A stretch of 63,983 bases of DNA, counting the filler, from Reclinomonas americana ATCC 50394 (taxonomy: Eukaryota): the NCBI GenBank assembly GCA_048213135.1. It is 6 parts of 5 records of this genome, joined end to end, with 100 filler letters (N's around TTAATTAATTAA, not from the genome) between each part and the next. Parts side by side here need not be neighbours in the genome. Positions count along the whole stretch, not along the records: positions 1 to 29,124 come from PS015223.1; 5 more parts are not named here. The stretch is one strand, 5' to 3'. Position 1 is the stretch's first letter, and each line of letters begins with the position of its first letter. Made by a program: the position numbers and the translations under genes. Shown here piece by piece: positions 13,101 through 23,415 of the stretch. The notes under the pieces were generated by a model. It had not been told where the DNA came from. It saw only the letters and a list, made by a program, of their open reading frames with translations, and did not search any database.

Positions 13101-15403
13101 NNNNNNNNNNNNNNNNNNNNNNNNNNNNNNNNNNNNNNNNNNNNNNNNNNNNNNNNNNNNNNNNNNNNNNNNNNNNNNNNNNNNNNNNNNNNNNNNNNNN
13201 NNNNNNNNNNNNNNNNNNNNNNNNNNNNNNNNNNNNNNNNNNNNNNNNNNNNNNNNNNNNNNNNNNNNNNNNNNNNNNNNNNNNNNNNNNNNNNNNNNNN
13301 NNNNNNNNNNNNNNNNNNNNNNNNNNNNNNNNNNNNNNNNNNNNNNNNNNNNNNNNNNNNNNNNNNNNNNNNNNNNNNNNNNNNNNNNNNNNNNNNNNNN
13401 NNNNNNNNNNNNNNNNNNNNNNNNNNNNNNNNNNNNNNNNNNNNNNNNNNNNNNNNNNNNNNNNNNNNNNNNNNNNNNNNNNNNNNNNNNNNNNNNNNNN
13501 NNNNNNNNNNNNNNNNNNNNNNNNNNNNNNNNNNNNNNNNNNNNNNNNNNNNNNNNNNNNNNNNNNNNAACATGGTCGACATATCGGTAACGGCAGCAGT
13601 GTTCCATCCGCCAATGTTCTGGTTGAACGCCGTCGCCCCGTTGAACATGCTCGCCATGCTGGTGACGGCAGCGGTGTTCAATCCGCCAATGTTCTGGTTG
13701 AATGCCACTGCCCCGTAGAACATGTTCACCATGGTGGTGACGGCAGCGGTGTTCCATCCGCCAATGTTCTGGTTGAACGCCGTCGCCCCGCTGAACATGG
13801 CCGACATGGTGGTGACGGCAGCGGTGTTCCATCCGCCAATGTTCTGGTTGAACGCCGTCGCCAACTTGAACATGCTCGCCATGGTGGTGACGGCAGCAGT
13901 ATTCCACCCGCTAATGTCGCCGTTGAAAGCCGTCGCCCCCTGGAACATGGCCGACATGTTGGTGACGGCAGAAGTGTTCCATGCGCCAATGTTCTGGTTG
14001 AACGCCGTCGCCCCATTGAACATGTTCGTCATGGTGGTGACGGCAGCGGTGTTCCATGCGCCAATGTTCTGGTTGAACGCCGTCGGTCCGCTGAACATGG
14101 TCGACATGTTGGTGACGGCAGCAGTGTTCCACCCGCCAATGTTCTGATTGAACGCCGTCGTCCCGTAGAACATGCCCGCCATGGTGGTGACGGCAGCAGT
14201 GCTCCACCCGCTAATGTTCTGGTTGAACGCCGTCGCCCCACGGAACATGGTCGACATGTTGGTGACGGCAGCAGTGCTCCACCCGCCAATGTTCTGATTG
14301 AACGCCGCCGCCCCGTAGAACATGCTCGCCATGTTGGTGACGGCAGCAGTGTTCCATCCGCTAATGTTCTGGTTGAATGCAGTCGCCCCAAAGAACATGC
14401 TCGACATGTTGGTCACCGTGGAAACGTCCCAGTTCCAATTAGCTCCCGCGCCCGTCAACGCAGTGCAGCCAGAAAATGTGCTATCTAGACTACTAGCGTT
14501 GGCTAGGTAGGGTGTGTCGGTGGCCGTGACCTGCAGATTGGCACAACCGGCGAATGCGCTGACCAGGTCGGTGAAGGCCACATTGCCCCACTGACTGATT
14601 CTGGTCAGCTTCAGCTGATCACCACCGCTGTTGAACTTGAGACCCGCAAACTTGCCCACAATCGTCACAGTGTACGTGCCACTGGCGGCGTACGTCTTCG
14701 TCACCGTACCGGTGGCCACTTGCGAGCTTCCATCGCCCCAAAACACTCTGAAATTGTTGGTTGCACCGCCAGCCACTGGCAGCTGCAACTGGTTGCTGGC
14801 AGTCCCCGCCTTGGTGGTGTCGAAAACCAAGACGTGGCCAACGGTCCGCGCAGTTGTTTCGTCAGACGCCACCGTCAGCGTCACCGAGGCCGTGGCCGTG
14901 TCGATGCCGTCAGTAGCACGATAGTCAAAGCTCCGCACGACGCCTGCGGTTGGCGCCGTTACGTCCAGCCGCTTGTCGCTGCGTCGAGTGACAACAATGC
15001 CGTCGGCCAGAGTTGCCGTGCTGCCTGTGCTTGGCAGGTTGAAGACCGTGCCCCCGAAAGCCGTGTCGATCACTGCCGTGACCACCAGACCCACCCCGGT
15101 GTCGTTGGCAAGCACGTTGACCACCATCGGCACACCCGCGATAAGCGTCGCCGCATCCGCCACCGCGAGCACCGCGCGCACAGTGACGGGGCGAGCTCCA
15201 CTCGCAGAAGATGATGACTCTGTGGTGGAGTTCTCTGAGCCAGAAACACCCGCACATGCTGCAGTAAACAGAGACTCACCCACAGCGGCGGACTGATGTT
15301 GTGGTGTGTGGGGCAGCGCCGACACGGCGACGCAGGCGGCCAGCAGCACCAGAGAGCATATCAAGAATTGCACCAGTGCTATGGTCAACGCGAATGCAGG
15401 CAT
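10154..15403 (-). CDS. Secreted bacterial-type adhesin: signal peptide, Ig/cadherin-like, PKD-like, DUF285/BspA-like 25-aa repeats, bacterial large-adhesin repeat domains
   Basis: MPAFALTIALVQFLICSLVLLAACVAVSA signal peptide. Motifs VNVLANDTG...FDYRATDG and VFWGDG...YAASGTYTVTI. Repeats FNQNIGGWNTAAVTNMSSMFYGATA. Motifs WQFSLDNGSSW...FRAWDQTDG...INDAP. About 5 kb without recognisable introns (one N-gap), then two small predicted 3' exons (10250-10288, 10154-10182). Confidence 0.85.
11850..14430 (-). repeat. Coding tandem array of 75-bp (25-aa) DUF285 repeats, ~27 units visible, more hidden in N-gap
   Basis: Recurring GTTCCATCCGCCAATGTTCTGGTTGAACGCCGTCGCC at 75-bp period; gap at 13022-13568. 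Confidence 0.95.
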
Positions 15404-15861
15404 ACGCGTGTGGCGCCGGTGTTGCCAAGCGGCACTACTACGCAGCCGGTACGCACTCATATGTCGTGAACGCACAGTGTTCTGCGATGGAGAACGAGCA
15501 AGTCCAACATGCGCGCGCGAAAAAACGTGTGCATGAGATGATGACAAACGAAACACACACATACGTACACGCATGCACGCACCGGCGTCAACGTTGCTTG
15601 TCGCAGTCAGCTGGGTCGTCGATGAAGCAACAGCGTTGGTATGATTAGGCAGAGAGAGTGTGCGCACAGTCTGTTTCACACCGTTTAGTACTGCCAGTGG
15701 ACTGACGGACACCAAAACGTCGCGCTCTCATCGCCCTCCTCTCTCATCGTACTGAGCATACAGGCGTACACATCAACCACCGCTCCCTGCCTCATCAAAC
15801 ACCAACTCGCCTGTGACACCCTGACATCCAATCAATCACATCTCACTCGCTCAGTCGCGTC

Positions 15862-16438
15862 ATGTCGGGAGCCTCGGCCACTCGCTCCTACTGGGACGAC
15901 GGCGAGGTCGAGTCACTGGCCACACACACCGCCTCGTCCGCTGCCGCACCCTCCTCCTCCTCCTCCTCCTCCTCCTCTCACTCCTCATACAATGCACTGC
16001 GCAAGTCTATTGTGGGCCACGCGTGTCGCGTTCCCTCTCCACACGCCGCACTTGGCAACTCGCGTCAGCAACTGTACATGGACTGGACGGCGTCGGGTCG
16101 CTCGGTGCATGCGATTGAGCGCTTCCTCGCGGAGAATGTGTTGCCGACGTATGGAAACACACATACTACGGCCTCCCATTGTGGGTTGCAGGTGAGGGAG
16201 TGGAAAGGGCAAAGGGAGGGAGGGAGGGAGAGAGAGGGAAGGGAGGGAAGGGAGGGAGATAGAAGAGAAGGATGAAGATCGACTCATACTCCCTCTCTCA
16301 CACACATCCTGTGCTGCTCAAGCTCTCTTTCTCTCTCTTGCTTGAAGGATGGTGACTGAAGACTTGAGAAGCATGCAGTTTGGGGAGCACAGAGAAGCAA
16401 GAAGAGTGGCGGAAGAAGAGAGTGAGTGAAAGAGGGAA

Positions 16439-16530
<92 letters not shown>

Positions 16531-19500
16531 GACGTACGTACGTACGTCTTCTTCTTCTTCNNNNNNNNNNNNNNNNNNNNNNNNNNNNNNNNNNNNNNNN
16601 NNNNNNNNNNNNNNNNNNNNNNNNNNNNNNNNNNNNNNNNNNNNNNNNNNNNNNNNNNNNNNNNNNNNNNNNNNNNNNNNNNNNNNNNNNNNNNNNNNNN
16701 NNNNNNNNNNNNNNNNNNNNNNNNNNNNNNNNNNNNNNNNNNNNNNNNNNNNNNNNNNNNNNNNNNNNNNNNNNNNNNNNNNNNNNNNNNNNNNNNNNNN
16801 NNNNNNNNNNNNNNNNNNNNNNNNNNNNNNNNNNNNNNNNNNNNNNNNNNNNNNNNNNNNNNNNNNNNNNNNNNNNNNNNNNNNNNNNNNNNNNNNNNNN
16901 NNNNNNNNNNNNNNNNNNNNNNNNNNNNNNNNNNNNNNNNNNNNNNNNNNNNNNNNNNNNNNNNNNNNNNNNNNNNNNNNNNNNNNNNNNNNNNNNNNNN
17001 NNNNNNNNNNNNNNNNNNNNNNNNNNNNNNNNNNNNNNNNNNNNNNNNNNNNNNNNNNNNNNNNNNNNNNNNNNNNNNNNNNNNNNNNNNNNNNNNNNNN
17101 NNNNNNNNNNNNNNNNNNNNNNNNNNNNNNNNNNNNNNNNNNNNNNNNNNNNNNNNNNNNNNNNNNNNNNNNNNNNNNNNNNNNNNNNNNNNNNNNNNNN
17201 NNNNNNNNNNNNNNNNNNNNNNNNNNNNNNNNNNNNNNNAGAAGGATGATGACTGAAGGCCTGAGAATCACACAGCTGGGGGGGTGAAGAGCGAGTGCGT
17301 TCGTGAGAGAGTGAGTACCTCACTCACCCCATCCACTCTCTCTTCTCTTTCCCCCCTCTTCGTCCAGTCCACCTGCTTCCGCGAGGAGGCACGACAGATC
17401 ATTGGTCGTGCGATGAACGCTCGCATTCAGTACACCGACGCCCACTCCGACTGCGTGCTCTTTGTGGGCACGGGAGCCACGGCGGGCAGTAACCGACTCG
17501 TGCACATTCTCGGTCTCCACGCTCCGGTGTCTGCAGAGCAGCAGCGTGCTGTGGTCTTTGTGGGACCGCATGAGCATCACAGCAACGAGTTGCCGTATCG
17601 CGATGCACCCGGCTGCGACGTGGTGCGAGTGCCGGAGGATGTGCACGGCAATGTGGATCGCGCGGCGCTGCAGCGGCTGCTGGAGCAGTACAGTGAGCGG
17701 CCGCTGAAGATTGGTGCCTTCTCCGCGTGCTCCAACATTACGGGTGTGTGTGCCGACGTGGACGCGCTGGCCGTGCAGCTGCACTTGGCCGGGGCGCTGG
17801 CCGTTTTTGATTATGCGTGCGCGGCGCCGCACATGGCGGTGGATGTGAACACGGCACACATGTCGATGCATCCGTCGCGACACGATTACGGCGAGGCGCT
17901 CGGCACCGAGCTGGAGGAGCAGGCGGCGGCGAATCCGTCGCTCCTGCGCAAAGATGCCGTGTTTCTTTCGCCACACAAGTTTGTGGGCGGACCGGGCACT
18001 CCCGGTGTTCTGTTGCGTTTTTCCCCCCTCAAATTGCTTGTGCTATAGTGTCTCACCACTGTGTTGTACTCGCAGTGTGCTCAAGCGCGCTCTTTTGCTC
18101 GGCCGCGATCAGCGACCCTCGGCGGCCACTGGTGGCGGCACCGTGTTCTTTGTCACCGACCACTCGCACCGCTACTTGAAGAACGCAGAGGAGCGTGAGG
18201 AGGCCGGCACACCCGACGTGGTTGGCGCCGCGCGCTGCGGCCTCGTCTTCCAGTTGCTGCAGTCGATGCCGGGTGGGGCAGCGGCCATGGAGGCCCGCGA
18301 GGCGGAAATCCTGCAGCGAGTCGACGCCCGCCTGCGCTCTCATCCGCACATTGTGTGTCTCGGTCCGGCCGCCGACTCCAGCAAGACGAGACGTGTACCG
18401 GTGGTGTCGTTCCTCGTGCGCGCCCCGGCACCCAGTCGACGCTTCCTGCACTACCAGTTTGTGTGCTCGCTGCTCAACGACGTGTTCGGCATTCAGTCGC
18501 GCGGCGGCTGCGTGTGTGCCGCTCCCTACGGTCTCTCTCTCCTCGGCATTCCGCCGGCGGTGGCCGACACCATTGAGCGCACGTTGGTGGACGGTCTGGC
18601 GGAACCGCTGCGGCCGGGCTTCACGCGTGTCAGTTTTCCGTTCTTCATGTCGGACGCCGAGGTCGATTACGCCGTTGATGCAATCGTCGCCATTGCGGAG
18701 GATGGCTGGCGTCTGATGCCCGAGTACCGCTCCAATGCACGCACCGGTGCCTTCAAGCACCGCTCGCGTGCCACCCGCTTCCCGGAACGTCTGTGGCTGG
18801 CCCAATTCGCACTCGACGACTCAGCGTCACCACCAGCACCTCTGGCGGCAGAGGTGGACGACGCCACATACGAGGCGACTCTGCGTGAGCAGCTGGCCGA
18901 TGGCACCGCTCTTTTGCAGGCCGGTGCGTCGATGGAGAGTGATCGCACGGCGGTGGCTGAGCCGGATGTGTGTGCGCCATCCATCAGGTGGTGGATGACG
19001 CCGGGCGAGGCCAGACTGCTGTTGAGTGACCGACTGGCGGTGAACAGCGATGAGGAGGAGGCGTGGATGGCCGGTGTCATGTGTCCGCGTGCGTATGTCG
19101 CACAGGCAACTGGAGAAGCAGCATCGTCATCCAGCGCAGGAGCAGCAGCAGCGGCAGCCGCGAGTCCGAACGGTGACGAGGGGTCTGATGGATCGGGCGC
19201 ATTCTGCCCGATGATCACTCCCTCGGCTCGTGCGGCGGCCACGCAGCACCTGGCGACCATGATCGATGACCTGATCGTGTCGACCAAGGCCACTGTGGGC
19301 TCCTCGCTGCGCCGTGTACCACCGCGCAAGCTGTACAGGATTGTGGTCGAGGCCGTCACCGTCTTCAACATGATCAAGGACGGCGATCGTGTGCTGCTCG
19401 GTCTGTCCGGCGGCAAGGACTCGCTGGCACTCCTGCACATTTTGCTGGAGATGCAGCGCAAGTCGGCATTGCGGTTTGAGGTCTGTGGATGCCGAGTGAT

Positions 19501-20308
19501 GAGGAGGAGAGTTGTGTCGTTGTTTGCTCACCATGAGTTGTGTGTTGCGTCGCCGCAGCTCGGTTGCGCCACTGTCGATCCGGGCGATCAGTCGGCCTTC
19601 AATCCGCGACCGCTGTGCCGCTACGTGGAGGCTCTCGGCGTGCCGTACTTTTACCTGGAGCAAGACATTTATGGGGCGGCTGCCGGTGGCTCTATGCGTG
19701 GCGAGTCGATTTGTGCATTCTGTTCGCGGATGAAGCGCGGTTCGTTGTATTCGTGTGCGCGACGCCACGGATACACGGTGCTGGCACTGGCGCAACATCT
19801 GGACGACTTTGCGGAGAGCATGTTCATGTCGGTGTTCCGCAACGGCCTGCTGCGCACGATGAAGGCCAATTATCTCGAGAAGGGCGGCGACGTGCGCGTC
19901 ATTCGGCCGCTGTGCTTTGTGCGCGAGCATGCCACCAAGGAGTTTGCGTACTCGTCGGGCTTGCCGGTGATTCCCGACAACTGCCCCGGCTGCTTCGAGG
20001 GCCCGAAGGAGCGTGAGCGCGTCAAGAAGCTCCTGAAGCGCGAGGAGGCGCAGCTCGGCGGCGGCCACCTGTTCGGCTCCATTCGTCGGGCCATTCAGCC
20101 GCTCATGGCACTTGGCGAGCTCGAGTGGCATGACGACATGGGCCAGCTGGGCAACATGGCAGGCGAGGCGGTGTTGCTGACAGTGCGTCATCCGGCGACT
20201 GTGGCGGCGGCGGCGGCGGCGGCAGTGGTGGGAGAGGTAAATGGGCACGTCGCGATCGGTGAAGCATCATCGTCGTCGTCGGTGGCGGTGGAAGGTGGAG
20301 AACGATAG
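15862..20308 (+). CDS. Class-V aminotransferase (cysteine desulfurase-like) fused to TtcA-like tRNA 2-thiolation PP-loop ATPase
   Basis: N-terminal YMDWTASGR, YGNTHT, HEHHSN, SACSNITG, FDYA, SPHKFVGGPG (PLP Lys), EAGTP, SRGGCVCA (catalytic Cys). C-terminal LSGGKDS, CAFCSRMKRG, AQHLDD, VIRPL, NCPGC. Both halves share ORF 17954-20308. Confidence 0.9.
16441..16529. repeat. (GA)n microsatellite in intron
   Basis: About 44 perfect AG units next to an assembly gap. Confidence 0.95.
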
Positions 20309-20638
20309 GCGAATGAATTAGTATCAGCGATATAGAAACGTGGAGGGGGGTGAAGGGAACGGGTTGCGTGGACAAGGGCGACGAAACAATGTCTTGATGA
20401 CCAAGTTCAACGGTATCATGTGGGCTTCGATATCGTACAACATCGATATCTCTGAAGTCTGAATTCCAAAACGCGGGGAAAGCTCGTGAGACCATTACAG
20501 AGCTTCTACACTGCTATTGGCGCACGAGAACAGCACCGTACGAGCCACGCACAACTTCACCTCAAAATCCACCACCTCACCGACGGATCAACGGAGGTCA
20601 GTTTTCCTATCCCTAATCGCGCACACACAAGTTGATTG

Positions 20639-21389
20639 ATGTACGGGCCTCCGCACTGGAGCACGGGCCTCTTCGAGGTGTGCGAGGATAAGGGCACGTG
20701 GTAAGTCTCCCTCTCCCACACACTCACTCACACACACACTCTCACACACACACACACACTCATGTTAATCAATCACTTGCCCCTCGCAGTGTGCGTGGCG
20801 CCTGCTGTCCATGCGTGCTGGCAGCAGAGAACAAGGCGCGCATGTTGCGTTTCACTGTCTCTCATCCTCTCACCCCCTCATGCCACTCTCTCACAATCTA
20901 CCCACAGTGACGGACGCAAGACGACGTTTTTCGACTGCTTGTTGCGTCCCTCTCTCTCTCTCTCTCTCCACACACACACTCCTTGACTCGCACACACACA
21001 CTCTTATGTAGTCTCTGCCCCTCCGAGTACTACACACGCGTTCAAATCCGCTCCGCCTTCGACATGGAGTTGTCGGATCGAGGCGACTGCCTCGCCGTGT
21101 GCTGCTGCTGGTGCTGCACGATCTGCCAGAACTCGCGTGAGTTGGATTTCCGCGAGCNNNNNNNNNNNNNNNNNNNNGACTGGTGGCCTACATGAAGAGG
21201 CCACAGGAGGACCCGATGCTGGCCACGCGACTCATCCCCACGGTGCCTCTGACGGCCGCCAATGCCGACGAGGTCGAGGCCTTTAAGAAGAAGCAAAAGA
21301 AGAAGATTCGCAAGGCCATGAGTCCCAGCAGCGGCATGGGAAGTCCCATGGCCAGTAGGCAGGTGGCGTCGCCGTCGTCCATGTTGTAA
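20639..21389 (+). CDS. PLAC8 / Cys-rich family protein, multi-exon
   Basis: MYGPPHWSTGLFEVCEDKGTC...CCPCVLAAENK...TRVQIRSAF...DCLAVCCCWCCTICQNSREL; stop TAA ending at 21389. Confidence 0.85.
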
Positions 21390-22095
21390 TTAAATGCAGT
21401 GAGAGAGGAGTGGTGTTTTACCTCGCTCGGAAGGGAGCGACAGCAGTGATTGAGAGAGAGAGAGAGAGAGAGAGATGGTGTTTACTCGCTCGCAGGGAAT
21501 GACAGCCAGCAGTGGCAGGGATGACCAGAACCGTAATTCAATGAGAGAGAAATGATGTTTTGTTGCTCAGGGGTCAGGAGTGGGAGGGATGACCAGAAGG
21601 CAAGTTCTTTCTCACTAAATTACGGTGAGGCCGCTTCTTCTCATGGCACTGCAGGGACTCATTCATCGCCAATCTTGGTCTGTCGTTCCTCTGAGCGAGT
21701 GAACAACTCTGACGAATGAGTCCCAGTAGTGATGAGAAGAAGTGTGGCCTCGAGCTCGCCGTAAGTCAATGAGAGAGATGTTCACTCGCTCAGAGGAACG
21801 ACAGGTTGGCGATGAATTAGTCCCTGCAGTGCCATGAGAAGAAGTGGCCTCACCGTAATACAGTGAGAATGTTTCTCGCTCAGGGGAACGACAGCATGGC
21901 GATCAGCAGTGGCATGGGAAGAAGTATGGCCTCTCCGTCATCCACGTTGCAAGTAAGGGGAACAACGTGTTGGCGATTAGTGAGTCCCAGCAGCGGCAAT
22001 GTGGCCTCACCATCGTCCGTGTCGTAGTTAAACAATGAGAGAGGAAATGATGTTTACTCGCTCAGGGGAACGCCAGGTTGGCAATCAGCGAGTCG
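21318..22095. repeat. Degenerate ~100-130 bp repeats with one inverted copy between convergent genes
   Basis: Motifs TTACTCGCTCAGGGGAACGACAG and AGTCCC(A/T)GCAGTG(G/C)CATG(G/A)GAAGAAG recur. 21609-21705 is the reverse complement of 21779-21869. Confidence 0.8.
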
Positions 22096-23283
22096 GCAAG
22101 GCCTTCGCCTGGCCGCAGGAACTCGTCCATGTCGATGCCCCCTGAACCGTCGTCGTCGAACACTGCGCGCGAAGGGAAGAGATGACTGGTTACTCATCGA
22201 TCGCACACACGCGCATTGGCGCAGAGAGCAGCGCACCAGCCCACACACAGTCGATCACTGAGCGCATATCCGCCGCCCGACTCAGGTCTGATCCTACCAC
22301 ACGATAAGTGGCCGTACACACGACAGCGAGGAAGCAAAGGAAGCGATGCAACACACCCATCTGGAACGTCTTCAGCAGCGCTCGCACCACCTCCTCCTTC
22401 TCCAGCGTCCCCGTGCCATCGTCGTCCCAGTAGTTGAACCACTCGCACCTGCACTCCATCGCTCAGCATACACGCACACACAAGCCTCTCTGCATCCGCA
22501 GTCACTCGCAACTTGTCGCGTCGCAGATCCGGTGGTTCACCCTTGGCCTGCCGCGGAAACGCGCGCCGCAAGTACACCAGCAGCCCGTGCTTCGGATCCA
22601 ACAGCTACGCACGCGCGCACGCATCAGCATCTACGCGCACGCCATCACCCGCAGCGAGAAGGGGAAAAAAACCTCGTGTGCCTCGATACACCCGTCACCG
22701 TTCGGATCCCACGTGGACCACACGGCGCCACTGATCGCCAACTCGGCCGCTCGCCGATCAATGGGGAACTGAGCCGCCAACACCGTTAACACTTCGGTGC
22801 GGTCCAGTGCCCCACTCCCGTCGACATCGACCAGGCGGAACCACAGTGCCGTGTCGTCCGCCGGTCGCGGCAACTCCATGGTGTCATCATACGACGTTCT
22901 ATAATACAAAAAATGAGGCAACAACTTGTAATTGCTTATGGACTTGTGTGTGTGCGTATGTGGCTTGCACCTGCAGAGTGGACACAGACGCGATCCATGC
23001 GCGCCTCTCGTAAAGGCGGACACGCAGTCGGTGTGAAACAGGTGGCGACACGCGCGCGCAAAGCCGCCTCTGCCTCTGTGCGAGATCAGGCATGACAGAG
23101 ACCGCTCGCACAGTGCATCGTAGCAGATAGGACACTGACAATAGAGAGTGAGACAACAACAATAGATATCGAATGGAGAGTGTAAGAGGATCTTTCTGAC
23201 CTCGTCAAAGGAGGCCGCGAGATCAGCAGACACGCGGGAGATTGAGAGTGGAGCAAGCTGCGTGTCACACATATGAGAGACAT
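22062..23283 (-). CDS. RING finger + multiple EF-hand protein, multi-exon
   Basis: CPICYDALC...CRHLFHTDC...CPLCR. EF loops DVDGSGALDRTE, DPNGDGCIEAHE, DDDGTGTLEKEE, DDDGSGGIDMDE. Ends LIANLAFP*. Start approximate. Confidence 0.8.
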
Positions 23284-23415
23284 GGCGAGGGGGAGCACGG
23301 GAGGACGGGGTGCCGCAACGCTCATCGACACACAGCAGACAGCCAGGTGTTCGCGAGTTCTGTCTCTGTCTGTCCACTCTCTCACTGTCTCTCGCTCTTT
23401 GTGTGTGTGTGTGTC

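Noticed and set aside
11850-14430. 75-bp repeats (and the 120-bp repeats at 62811-63983) as CRISPR-like arrays
   Set aside because: No unique spacers. Periods are multiples of three and the repeats encode in-frame protein units in a eukaryotic context.
12275-14510. Long plus-strand ORFs over the adhesin and other overlapping short ORFs
   Set aside because: Antisense shadows of GC-rich repetitive coding sequence, with no independent motifs.
16298-17323. Long ORFs made of X and ER/SL/HT/CV runs
   Set aside because: Artefacts of N-gaps and dinucleotide microsatellites.
1-20308. SBP2 plus desulfurase-TtcA as a selenium/sulfur gene cluster
   Set aside because: About 14 kb apart with unrelated genes between. 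No selenoprotein, in-frame UGA or SECIS identified.
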